The notes under the pieces are model-generated. The model saw nothing but the letters and a program-made list of their open reading frames with translations. It was not told where the DNA came from and did no database searches. This document shows positions 28,255-37,551 of a stretch of DNA of 64,000 nt, piece by piece. The translations under genes were made by a program, and so were the position numbers. Position 1 is the stretch's first letter. Each line of letters begins with the position of its first letter. The stretch covers positions 5,984,001 through 6,048,000 of the forward strand of contig OY762069.1 of the NCBI GenBank assembly GCA_963665095.1, read 5' to 3'. This stretch comes from an uncultured Desulfobacter sp. (GTDB lineage: Bacteria > Desulfobacterota > Desulfobacteria > Desulfobacterales > Desulfobacteraceae).

Positions 28255-29535
28255 CTAAAATAGTTGATTGGGAAGCCACAGGATGATGTTCGGAAAAATG
28301 GTAAACAGGATAACGGCTCCGCACATGATTAAAAAAAACGGTATTGCCGCCATGGCTATCTCTTCGATGGATGCATCTGAAATCGATTGGATGACAAACA
28401 GGTTGAAGCCTACCGGTGGTGTCATCAGTCCCAGCTCTATCATGAGGACCAGAAAAATGCCAAACCATACCGGATCAATTCCTGATGTAATGGCAATGGG
28501 AAGGGTTAGCGGCAGCGTCAAAACGAGGATGGAAACGCCGTCCAGAAACAGTCCCAGCAGCATGTAGAACAATGCCAGCGCTACCAGCAGCATGGTTTTG
28601 CTCAGCTCAAGACCCATGACCCACGATGCAATGGCCTGGGGAACGCCGGCAATGCCTGAGGCTGTTGAAAGCACCGATGCCGTCATGACTACTGCGCCGA
28701 TCACGCAGGACATCTGGGCTGCAGCAAAAACCGAGTCCACGAAAAAGGAGATGGTCAGCCTTTTTTCAATCAGCGCCAGCACCATTGCGCCGCCCACCCC
28801 AACGGCGGCAGCTTCGGTGGGAGAGGCAATGCCGCTGTATATTGATCCTAAGACAACAATAATCAGAAAGAAAACCGGCAGCAATCCCAGCAGTGCCCGC
28901 CACTCAATGGCGGAAGCTTCAGCTTGCGTATGGGCAGATGCAAAACCAAGATATATGCAATACATTGACGCAACGATCAAACCAGGCAGAAAACCGGCAG
29001 CAAAGAGTCTTACAATGGAGACTTCGCCCAGAACGCCGTATAGAATCATGGCAATGGAAGGCGGGATTAAAAGACCGAAAGAGCCCGCACCGGCCAGAGA
29101 ACCTAAAATCAGTGACCGGGAATATCCCCTTTTTATAAGTTCGGGAAAGCTGATTCTGCCAACTGTGGCTGTTGTGGCGGCAGATGAGCCGGAGACAGCT
29201 GCAAAAACGGTGCAGCCCGTTACATTGACGTGCAGCAGTCCGCCCGGAATCCGGTTGAACAGGGTCGAAAGGCCGTCAAACAACCGCCTGGACAGATCCG
29301 CCCGGAAAAGAAGCTCCCCCATGAGTAAAAAAAGCGGTATGGCGGACAGCTCCCATGACCTGGACGAGCGTACGGTAATTTTGGCAATGAGCATTCCCAC
29401 CTTGTCAAGCCCGAAGTCAGCACCAAATACCATGACGCAGACCGATACAATGAGCAGGGAGAAAAAGGCCCAGATTCCTAAGGCCAGGGAGATGAAAAAA
29501 ATTCCTATAATGAAGACGGCAGCTTGGAAATCCAT
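28255..29535 (-). CDS. dctM: TRAP transporter large permease
   Basis: AIPLFLLMG; SGSSAAT; LIPPSI; PTEAAA; TPPVGFNLFV. Confidence 0.93.
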   Translation of the reverse strand: MDFQAAVFIIGIFFISLALGIWAFFSLLIVSVCVMVFGADFGLDKVGMLIAKITVRSSRSWELSAIPLFLLMGELLFRADLSRRLFDGLSTLFNRIPGGLLHVNVTGCTVFAAVSGSSAATTATVGRISFPELIKRGYSRSLILGSLAGAGSFGLLIPPSIAMILYGVLGEVSIVRLFAAGFLPGLIVASMYCIYLGFASAHTQAEASAIEWRALLGLLPVFFLIIVVLGSIYSGIASPTEAAAVGVGGAMVLALIEKRLTISFFVDSVFAAAQMSCVIGAVVMTASVLSTASGIAGVPQAIASWVMGLELSKTMLLVALALFYMLLGLFLDGVSILVLTLPLTLPIAITSGIDPVWFGIFLVLMIELGLMTPPVGFNLFVIQSISDASIEEIAMAAIPFFLIMCGAVILFTIFPNIILWLPNQLF

Positions 29536-29537
29536 GG

Positions 29538-30032
29538 TCAGGCCCTCCCTGCTGCGGCCCGAATGTTCGTGACAAAATGGAAGGCAACTACCAGGGCCAG
29601 AATCATCAGTCCGATCAGGGAAACCGCTTCCGGAATCCAAAGGGGAACCGGCCAGGCACCGTTGGACACCATGCCCCGGTCATAAAACCTCCAGGCAGCC
29701 CTGAAGATGTGCTTAATCCAGAAAAGGGTCAGGGCAAGTGCCGGGCTGAGGATGAACGCCTCCAGAACTGCAGATGCCCGTCCGTTGATCCGGTCCGTCA
29801 GCATGGTCATCCGGATCATGGCGCCCTGGTGAAAGGTTGGTCCCAGAGCTAGGAATATGGATGCGGAAAGCAGGTACCCCACCAGTTCATCCACCACAAG
29901 CAATGAATGGTCAAAAATATTTCTGAGCATGATTTCCATAAGAATTAACGCAGCCATGAGGACGATTGCAATGGCAGCGCTGGATGCACATAGCCTGCAC
30001 AGGACATCCATGAGCCGTTGAAACTGTTTCAT
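29538..30032 (-). CDS. dctQ: TRAP transporter small permease
   Basis: Four TM segments; DELVGY; IRMTML; PLWIP. Lies between dctP and dctM. Confidence 0.88.
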   Translation of the reverse strand: MKQFQRLMDVLCRLCASSAAIAIVLMAALILMEIMLRNIFDHSLLVVDELVGYLLSASIFLALGPTFHQGAMIRMTMLTDRINGRASAVLEAFILSPALALTLFWIKHIFRAAWRFYDRGMVSNGAWPVPLWIPEAVSLIGLMILALVVAFHFVTNIRAAAGRA

Positions 30033-30127
30033 TCCGTTTCTCCTGAACTACCTGGTTTTATCTTCTTGCTTAGCTGTCTGATGCGGCGGAAATGTCTTTT
30101 CTGCCGCATGGAAAGAGCCGTTTCTCC

Positions 30128-31117
30128 TTATTCGCCTTTCAGATAAGCGTCTACCAGAGCCTGACCGTTGGGGCCTGTCTTTTGAGCCCATTCCGCTGCA
30201 AATGCAGCAGCAATTCGTTTGGTCTCCTGGGATAGTTCAGGTGAAATGTCTTGATGCAGTTTGATGCCCTTTTTACTCAGGATGTCCAGGTTGGATCGAA
30301 TCCGTTCCTGGGCAGATTTCCAGTTTGCCTCTGTAAACCGTTTGCCGGCTTCAAGTATGGCGTTTTGATGTGAGGGAGAGAGGCCCTCAAAGGCGTCTTT
30401 GGTAATGTGAAGCAGTGTGATGGGGGTTGAATATCCAAGGCTGCTGTAATCAGTTATGCCAAGATCCCATATATTGGTTGCCACACCGCCTTCGGATGAG
30501 GTTAGTACGGCATTGATAACACCGGATGATAAGGATGAAACCACATCTCCCCAAGGCAGTTGAACCGGAGCTGCTCCCAACTCTCGAAAGGCTTTGGCGC
30601 TGAACGCATCATACGTGCGAATTCTAAGTCCTTTAAGACCGTTCAAATCAATGGCCGGGTGGTTGGCATAAACGCCCACGGCAGGGAATGACCCCCAGCC
30701 TATCAGTTTCTGGTTGTTGGCTTCAAATATTTTTGAAAAGGAGTCGTAGGCAATGGACATGATCTTCTGAACATTTTCCGAAGAACTGGTCATGAACGGG
30801 AGAGAAAGAAATCCAAAAATTGGATCAATGCCAATGAGGCTTCCCGAAAGCGTTTCGGCAACTTCAACAAGCCCCTGGGAGACCACCTCAAAATTGTCTG
30901 AGTTCTTAAAGCCTAAGGATCCCCCGGAGTTGACCTTGAGATTAAATGTATCACCACTCAATTCAGACAGCGATTTCACCATGGCTTCAAAGGCGATACC
31001 GGAGTTGCTGTTGGCCTGGTAAGCGGTCGTTGCCCGCCAGGTGACATCGGCGGCATGGCTGACTGGTACAGTAAGCAGCAAAGTCAAAAACACGATGGAA
31101 AAAAGCCTTGATTTCAT
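30128..31117 (-). CDS. dctP: TRAP transporter substrate-binding protein
   Basis: Signal peptide; GGSLG; LSLPF; LKGLRIR; LGAAPVQLPWGDV. Confidence 0.9.
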   Translation of the reverse strand: MKSRLFSIVFLTLLLTVPVSHAADVTWRATTAYQANSNSGIAFEAMVKSLSELSGDTFNLKVNSGGSLGFKNSDNFEVVSQGLVEVAETLSGSLIGIDPIFGFLSLPFMTSSSENVQKIMSIAYDSFSKIFEANNQKLIGWGSFPAVGVYANHPAIDLNGLKGLRIRTYDAFSAKAFRELGAAPVQLPWGDVVSSLSSGVINAVLTSSEGGVATNIWDLGITDYSSLGYSTPITLLHITKDAFEGLSPSHQNAILEAGKRFTEANWKSAQERIRSNLDILSKKGIKLHQDISPELSQETKRIAAAFAAEWAQKTGPNGQALVDAYLKGE

Positions 31118-31332
31118 GATTTTCCCTCCCCCTTAAGATAATAAGATTAAAATACGAAAAATATATATGTATATCTAATATATTATGCATAGTATTTATA
31201 TAAACTAAATATGATGTCAAGTGCTTTTTGTATGGAATTGCATTTTATTGCAATAGATAGGATACTATGGTAAACATAGGTTGTTTGTGATTAAGACTTT
31301 CTGATAGCCAAATAAGGGAATATGACTGACAT

Positions 31333-31800
31333 ATGGAAAACCAAAGACCAGACAATGTGTATCTTCTGGTGACTGAACTGATATATTACGGCCAAAAGGA
31401 ATTGACGGCAAAGGCGGACGAAACTTTAGCATCCAACGGTCTTGGACGTGCCCACTATCGCATCCTTCATGTGGTAAAGCATCATCCGGGAATTACGACA
31501 AACCAGTTGCTTTCACATCTCAAAATAACGGCAGCCAGTCTGAACAGAACCATGAACAAACTGCTGGCAGCCAAATATGTGACTCAGAAAAATGATAGCA
31601 GGGACCGCCGTCAGCGGCATCATTTTTTAACCAAAAGCGGCGCTGATTTCCAGGAGATGATTTATTCTCTTCAGCGGGAAATTCTTGAAAAGGCCTTTGA
31701 CAGGGTGGGGGATGAAGCCCTTGGCGGGTTCATCAAAGTCCTGGGATACATGATCTCGAATGAGGACCACGATCTTCTTTCTGTTCCTGTCCCCCTTTGA
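31333..31800 (+). CDS. MarR-family regulator, divergent from the TRAP operon
   Basis: GLGRAHYRIL..PGIT..L..SLNRTMNKL..DRRQR..LT. Confidence 0.88.
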   Translation: MENQRPDNVYLLVTELIYYGQKELTAKADETLASNGLGRAHYRILHVVKHHPGITTNQLLSHLKITAASLNRTMNKLLAAKYVTQKNDSRDRRQRHHFLTKSGADFQEMIYSLQREILEKAFDRVGDEALGGFIKVLGYMISNEDHDLLSVPVPL

Positions 31801-31860
31801 CCGATGGCATGGGAGCCCTGTTCAATTAACTGACCGGGAATTTCATCGGCCGGCTGCTTC

Positions 31861-32236
31861 TTATATGGTAATCTCAAGGCGGTTGCCTTCAGGATCTGAC
31901 ACCACACTTTCATAATAGCCATCGCCTGTTTTTCTGGGGCCGTCAAAAACGGTAAATCCGTCGCGGGCCAGCTGCAGGTCAGGGCGTCCACTTTATCCCG
32001 GGAACCAACGGAAAAGGCTATATGTGCATAGCCGGAAAACTGCATGGCGGGGTCTGCTTTTGATTTTTGTATTTCCGGCATCTGCATGAGTTCAAGCCGG
32101 GCACCGGAACTGAAAGTCAGAAAGTAGGAAAAGAAGCGTTTCTTTGCATTTACATATTTTGGCCCTGCCTGTGCACCAAAACACTTTTCATAAAACGATT
32201 TCAGCAGTTCAATATCTTTGGCCCACAGGGCAATGA
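31861..32236 (-). pseudogene. VOC/glyoxalase-family protein, 5'-truncated and frameshifted
   Basis: IALWAKDIE..FY..GARLELM..GYAHIAFSVGS, then in a shifted frame [26 protein letters not shown]. Confidence 0.82.
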
Positions 32237-32333
32237 CAGATACAGATAAGAACTTGCTTTTTGACTCAAGAAGTATAGAAAAATATTGGAAGCTTGGAAT
32301 ATGCCCCCGCCGGGCCACAGGTACAACATGTTG

Positions 32334-32692
32334 GTGCGCCACGAGGGCGCAGGATACCAGCGGATGAAAGTTCCGCCCGGGAAATTGTCGGTTCATCCCG
32401 GTAGCGACCCAGACAGTGGGATAGGGAGACCTTCCTGCTGAAGCTCTGGGGACAATGTAAGCCTATAGGGCTGCAGCAACCTGGCAGGCCGCAACGCGAG
32501 TGAACCCTGAGCAGGCCTCGAAAGGAAAGTCGTGGATGCCGACCCGCCCAAGATTCGGGGAAGGCCGAAGCGGAGCGGGGATGTAACCGATCCACTCGTT
32601 TCGATCCACCGGGGTAATGGGGCAGCATGTCAGGAAGGTATCTTAGGTAACGTGGGTGACCCGTCCCGAATGCGGGGTTGTGACCCGTAACA
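32334..32692 (+). mobile_element. Group II intron 5' fragment (domain I region; no RT ORF, no domain V/VI)
   Basis: Starts GTGCG with stem gtgcgcc..gggcgca. Hairpin-rich, with gccgacccgccc..ggggaaggc. EBS1-like loop caacctg (32477-32483) pairs 6/7 with the 5' exon catgttg. Confidence 0.8.
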
Positions 32693-32801
32693 AGTCATCA
32701 TTGGATTGTGTCCCTTTGGTAATCATGCACAAGGTTTTTTTTCGGGGATAAACCAACTGAATTCGTCACAAAAAAAGGGGGACGGGCATGCTGCGATTGT
32801 A

Positions 32802-33140
32802 TTACGCTGATGCGGTTTTATAATTCCAAGGCATCCACCGGGAAGGATCGGTTCTCAGCTCAGTTGCGTTATTCAGCAATGTGATCAGATAATCAAATGG
32901 ATTGACCTTCATCAGATTGCAGGTCTGAATCAGGCTCATGAACATATCACCAACAAAGGCACCATGTTCCGTTTTATAAAATAGTGAGTTTTTTCGATGC
33001 AGGATACTTTGTTTCAGGCTACGTTCGCAAATGTTGTTATCCAGGGGGGCACCAGGCGTTTTCAAAAAACGGGTTAACTCAGGCCAATGTTTAATCATAT
33101 AGGCGATGGCTTTGCCCAGGCCAGAATTCGGTTCCGCCAG
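32802..33140 (-). mobile_element. IS66-family transposase C-terminal fragment
   Basis: EPNSGLGKAIAYMIKHW..LDNNICERSLK..HRKNSLF..SLIQTC..NPFDYL..WMPW; truncated at the IS1634 end. Confidence 0.85.
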
Positions 33141-33141
33141 A

Positions 33142-34035
33142 CTGATTTTCGACAGTTGATTTTTAAATATTCTTTTATTTCAATGCGATAGCCTACAACA
33201 AAAAAGTCTTGGCACTACCCGGTTACCTTTTTTACATCAATTTAGCGCCTTAATTGTCGAAGGAAGAGCGACCCGCACCGATTGAAATATCTTTCCGCAT
33301 ACCCCCTTACATTCGCTTCTGATTGAGAAACGTTGACCATCTTCTTCAATCTCAACTCGTTTCAGTGCTTTCAGGTCCTGTTTGATATCATTCCATTCAA
33401 AATGATGTCCATTTTCAGCCAGGCACCGGTCGAGATCTTTTCGCAATAAAAGAGCAAGAAAACTGCAAAACACATGACCAGCTGATCAAGACCCGGAGGT
33501 CATCAATCTATGTAATACCGTAAGAAAAATCGCCCGTTCTACGTCAAATTCAAATTTCCGTTCAGCAAGTAAGGATCTGATGACGTCCTGAATTCCACTT
33601 TCTTCCCATAACCTTTGAAAAATTAATGTCGGGCCGATGGTTAAGCTTTCCGCTTTAACGTCACTTTGCCCGGAAAGGATCAGCAGCGCTTTATCCGAAA
33701 ATCTGGCCAGGGACCGGATCAAGGTTTCAACCCTGCCTTTATCATGGAGGTGATCCAGTCGTCCGACTGTTGCAATCACCCGCTGTTTGACCTTACCCTG
33801 TTCCTTTCTATTCTCGACTATCTGCAAATATTGATACTTGCCGGACTTTTTTATTCTTGCAAACATTTGAGGGCCTCTTAACTATTAAAGACACTCCAAT
33901 ATTACAAGTCAAACATTGATATTACAGTAAAAAACGTTTGATTATGTGGCACTACCTTCCGTCCATTTCCTACATATTGGCAACGTATTTTCGGGGTTCT
34001 TCACTGTTTTGAGCAAATTAACTGTCGAACTTCAG
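33142..34035 (-). mobile_element. IS1634-family element with internal deletion (non-autonomous), both IRs retained
   Basis: IRs ctgattttcgacagtt / aactgtcgaacttcag. N-terminus MFARIKKSGKYQYLQIVEN (33486-33866) abuts C-terminus GHVFCSFLALLL (33237-33482). Confidence 0.85.
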
Positions 34036-34127
34036 TCTGAGGTGAGGACTACCCTTGGGCCAGACCTCGTTTTTTGGCCAGACGGCTTCCTACAGGTTAT
34101 CCCTGTAGACCTGATTGAGGGCATTAT

Positions 34128-34601
34128 TCAATGATTTCTCAAGGCTTTTCTGGATGCTTTGTCTACCAATGTAAAAAACTGCTCTGCCTCATCTTTTAAC
34201 CGGGATGGCTTATGGCCTTTAACTTTTTTGAATTCACAACATAGTTGATCTGATAAATAGAAAAATTCCTGGTACAGAACGCTGTTTTTGATGGGGTTAT
34301 TTTTTTTTGACAAATAATCATTTTTTTCAAGCCGTCCACGCCTTGCCTGAAGCCCGATAATATTCTGGGAATCAGTATAGACAACAATTTTTGCGCCTGG
34401 CCTTTGAATTGAAGTTAATGCCCAGATCAGGGTCTGAATCTCCAGTTTCGTCGAGCTGGTGTGCTCAAATTTTTTTACCATAACATCGGCTTTAAAGGTT
34501 TGTGAATAAGGGACATCCAGCAGTACCGCAAGATACGCGCCGTAGCCAATTTGGGATTTGGGATTTACACTGCCATCGGTAAATAACCGCAAGGTTGTCA
34601 T
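34128..34601 (-). CDS. Ribonuclease HI-like protein
   Basis: LFTDGS; KLEIQ; VYTDSQ; KVKGH; LVDKASR. Confidence 0.82.
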   Translation of the reverse strand: MTTLRLFTDGSVNPKSQIGYGAYLAVLLDVPYSQTFKADVMVKKFEHTSSTKLEIQTLIWALTSIQRPGAKIVVYTDSQNIIGLQARRGRLEKNDYLSKKNNPIKNSVLYQEFFYLSDQLCCEFKKVKGHKPSRLKDEAEQFFTLVDKASRKALRNH

Positions 34602-34630
34602 TTGGTTAATCTCTTAACATCAATTGTCAT

Positions 34631-35074
34631 TCAAATACTGGCGAGCCAGTGGTTTAAGTGATTGGCAAACCTGTTCGTATTCTTTTGATTTATGGCCGCC
34701 GGTCCGCCGGTATCAATTCCACTGTCCCTTAAGCTCTCCTTGAACTTCCTTAGTCTCAACTGTTCCTGAATCGATTCTTTGGAATAAAGATGCCCTCTGG
34801 GGTTAAGGGCATACCCCTGTTTTTCCAGCACCTGGGCGGCTAACGGTATATCCGACGTAATGACCAGATCTCCTTTGTCAAGTAACTCAAGAATCTTGTT
34901 ATCCGCCTCGTCAAACCCGGAAGAGACCTGGAGAAATGTGATATAATTTCGACGGGGTATTTTCATGGAATGGTTGGCTACCATAGTTAATGTCACACCG
35001 GTCCGGTCCGCGGCCTTGAACAAAATATTTTTAATCACTGCTGGACATGCATCTGCGTCTACCCATATTTTCAT
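34631..35074 (-). CDS. YaiI/YqxD (UPF0178) family protein
   Basis: MKIWVDADACP; GFDEADN; DLVITSDIPLA; NPRG; TGGP. Confidence 0.92.
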   Translation of the reverse strand: MKIWVDADACPAVIKNILFKAADRTGVTLTMVANHSMKIPRRNYITFLQVSSGFDEADNKILELLDKGDLVITSDIPLAAQVLEKQGYALNPRGHLYSKESIQEQLRLRKFKESLRDSGIDTGGPAAINQKNTNRFANHLNHWLASI

Positions 35075-35345
35075 TTAGAACCCTTTGCCTTCACAGTTAA
35101 CTGAAACGTAAGAAGGAGCATTTTCTTGCTTACTTCATGATGCAAGCTTATCAGGGCGCCCTCAAAGATACAAGCACGCTGAGGGCTACCTGTAGGCCAG
35201 GCGCTGTTTCCCAGTCCCACAACACCCATAGACTTTCCAGTACCTTTAACCTAATCAAAAAAATATCAGGATATTATGTTCTGTTGACATTCCATGAACT
35301 GTCTATAACTTAGCCTGCTCAATTGATCAGGCAACGATTTCCGAA

Positions 35346-35621
35346 TTGGCGGTGCAAGCGGTTTATCAGGGTATTGTGGTAAATATTGTGGCTTTAATGT
35401 GCGTGGCATATGCAATACACCATCTCGGAATCATAGTGGTCTCTTTGTTTATGTCTTTTGTGCCAGTGGTTACGGGTGTATTCGGCTGGATATTTTTGGC
35501 AGAGAACCTGAACGGGATGGAACTGCTTGGTATCGCAGGTTGTACGACAGGATTATTCATTTATGGCGTGGATGCTTCGAATTCCCTGAGGTTGTTATTG
35601 AGGGCAACAAATGTTTTTTAA
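35346..35621 (+). pseudogene. DMT/EamA transporter C-terminal fragment
   Basis: QAVYQG..AYAIHHLG..VPV..GWIFLAE..LLGI; only the last three TM segments are present. Confidence 0.6.
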
Positions 35622-35636
35622 GGATGTGAACAGAAT

Positions 35637-35674
35637 GAGACACGCCCGGCAGGGAGGGCTGCCGGGCGTGTCTC
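35637..35674. terminator. Perfect 16-bp GC-rich hairpin between convergent genes
   Basis: gagacacgcccggcag / ctgccgggcgtgtctc. Confidence 0.6.
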
Positions 35675-35722
35675 TGCAATGGTATGGGTGATTGCCTTTG
35701 GCAATCGCTACTGGTGCAGGCG

Positions 35723-36676
35723 TTAAGCCTGTCCGGCACTGACCGCAACTCTGGCATCGGCTGCCGGGCGGTTGACAAATGTGGGGTGCTGGTCGGTCAC
35801 GCTTGCATAAAGGTGTTCGTACTGTTTTTTTATGGGGTTGCAGTCAGCCCCGGTCCGGGTATTGAAAAAACGGTTGCCCGGAAGAATGTCGGGTTTGTAA
35901 AACAACCTGCCGGAACGGGTGTGGACATTTTTTACGCCCTCAATTGATCTGGCGAGGCTGGCCAGTTTTCTGCCGTATCTTGAAAACATCAGGACGGGTT
36001 TGTGAACCACCAGGTTGACCCGGTCCTTTTTCGCTGCCACAGATACGGGATGTCCTTTGTCCGCCATGAGGCAGGAGACCTTTGTTGCCAGATCAAATTC
36101 GGCGAAACTCATCTCCTCTTTTTTGTTGGCCGCTGCCTCGGAGATCATCTCAACCAGTTCTGACTGGCCCGTGCGGGTGACATTGACAATGCCGTCACAG
36201 TCTGCCGGCCGGCAGCTTTCTGCGGACCGCAGGTAGAGGGACCAGCGCAAAAAAGTATCGTCCGCCTGTTTGAGTCTGTTTTTTACCGTGGCAATGGGCT
36301 GGGTGCCGTCCTGCTGTACGACATTTTTAACCCTGAATTTTTCCGGGGCTGTAACCAGAAGATGAAGGCCTAAATTTGCCGGAATCAGTTTGCCTAAGAA
36401 TCCGCTCATGATCACCGGCCCTTTTTTTATCTCTTCTGCAATCACCGACTTGACCGCTGCGATGCACCGGGCTTTGGCCGGTGTGTACCGGTCGGCAAAG
36501 GGCGGATCTTTAAATATGCTGGTTTCAATGGCGGTCTCTTTTAAATCGTATTTAGCTGCTGCCGCACTGATGATGTCCCGGTCATACAATACCCGGTACC
36601 CCAGAATTTCTGCGGCGCGTTGCGCAAGATGCGCTTTCCCTGTGTACGCGCTTCCAAAAAAAGTAATGACGCTCAT
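35723..36676 (-). CDS. Cytidylate-kinase-like family protein (degenerate P-loop)
   Basis: MSVITFFGSAYTG..LAQRAAEILGY..; HLLVTA; C-terminal BON-like segment. Confidence 0.65.
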   Translation of the reverse strand: MSVITFFGSAYTGKAHLAQRAAEILGYRVLYDRDIISAAAAKYDLKETAIETSIFKDPPFADRYTPAKARCIAAVKSVIAEEIKKGPVIMSGFLGKLIPANLGLHLLVTAPEKFRVKNVVQQDGTQPIATVKNRLKQADDTFLRWSLYLRSAESCRPADCDGIVNVTRTGQSELVEMISEAAANKKEEMSFAEFDLATKVSCLMADKGHPVSVAAKKDRVNLVVHKPVLMFSRYGRKLASLARSIEGVKNVHTRSGRLFYKPDILPGNRFFNTRTGADCNPIKKQYEHLYASVTDQHPTFVNRPAADARVAVSAGQA

Positions 36677-36739
36677 GTCGATCTCCTTATTTAAAAAGGC
36701 GTTAATCTATTAATCTTGACAAATCTGAATAATGACCTC

Positions 36740-36935
36740 TTCAACAAGTGTGCCGGGGCGAAATAAATTTTTAATATATTGAAATTAAAGGGTATATTTA
36801 GGCTTGGGCCTGGAGGGATGGGAAATATAAAAAGGTTGCATTTTGAAACGTTTATGATGGAAGGGGCTCTGGCCCCGTATTTTAGGCCGGAATGATTTAT
36901 GTTTCATTTGTGAAAGCCCAGTTGAATTTTGCAAC
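36740..36935 (-). promoter_or_regulatory. Sigma-54-like promoter plus enhancer dyads for 35723-36676
   Basis: Minus strand CGGCACACTTGTTGAA (36740-36755; GA rather than GC at -12). Dyads gttgcattttgaaac (36835-36849) and gttgaattttgcaac (36921-36935). Confidence 0.55.
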
Positions 36936-37034
36936 ACCTGGCCCAATACTCTGGTTTAATCATGATTGCAATTATGATCAATGGCTTGTATATCCATCCG
37001 GTGAAACACCATCTTTTACCAAGGAGTCGATGAA

Positions 37035-37304
37035 TTGAATAACTGGTCCACCTATCTGTTAAGATGCTCTGATGCTTCTTTGTACTGCGGTGTCACCAAT
37101 AATCTTGAAAACCGGATAACACGTCATAATCAGGGTACGGCATCGAAATACACCCGCTCACGTATTCCGGTGGCACTGGCGGCTGTCCGGACAAGGCTGT
37201 CCAAAAGTGATGCATATAAACTTGAATATTTAGTCAAACAGGTCCGGGCCGAAAAGAAAATTGATACCCTGCTCAACTGGAATAATGACAATGACGGCTG
37301 TTAA
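37035..37304 (+). CDS. GIY-YIG nuclease family protein (UPF0213-like)
   Basis: WSTYLLRCSDASLYCGVTNNL..R..HN.G.ASKYTRSR..E. TTG start after AAGGAG. Confidence 0.85.
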   Translation: MNNWSTYLLRCSDASLYCGVTNNLENRITRHNQGTASKYTRSRIPVALAAVRTRLSKSDAYKLEYLVKQVRAEKKIDTLLNWNNDNDGC

Positions 37305-37530
37305 AATTCCCCATGACCAGCTGAGTCCTGAAGCCCTTGAGGGCGTTGTTGAAGAGTTTGTCACACGTGACGGAACCGATTACGGGGAATATGAAGTACC
37401 GCTGGAAACCAGAATATCCCGGGTGGTCTCCCAGCTCAGGTCCGGAAGGGCTGTTATTGTGTTTGATCCTGAATCGGAAACCTGCAATATTTTTAAAGCG
37501 GATGATCCTGTTTTAAAAAATCTTGATTAG
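37291..37530 (+). CDS. YheU (UPF0270) family protein
   Basis: IPHDQLSPEAL..EEFVTRDGTDYG..QLRSG.AVIVFD. Confidence 0.88.
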   Translation: MTAVKIPHDQLSPEALEGVVEEFVTRDGTDYGEYEVPLETRISRVVSQLRSGRAVIVFDPESETCNIFKADDPVLKNLD

Positions 37531-37551
37531 AGGCTCAACCCATTGCCGGGC

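Noticed and set aside
31671..32628. 241-aa and 120-aa minus-strand ORFs
   Set aside because: Read-through products across the VOC pseudogene and the antisense strand of the group II intron RNA.
34128..35074. Integron cassette array
   Set aside because: No attC-like palindromes with GTTRRRY ends and no IntI gene.
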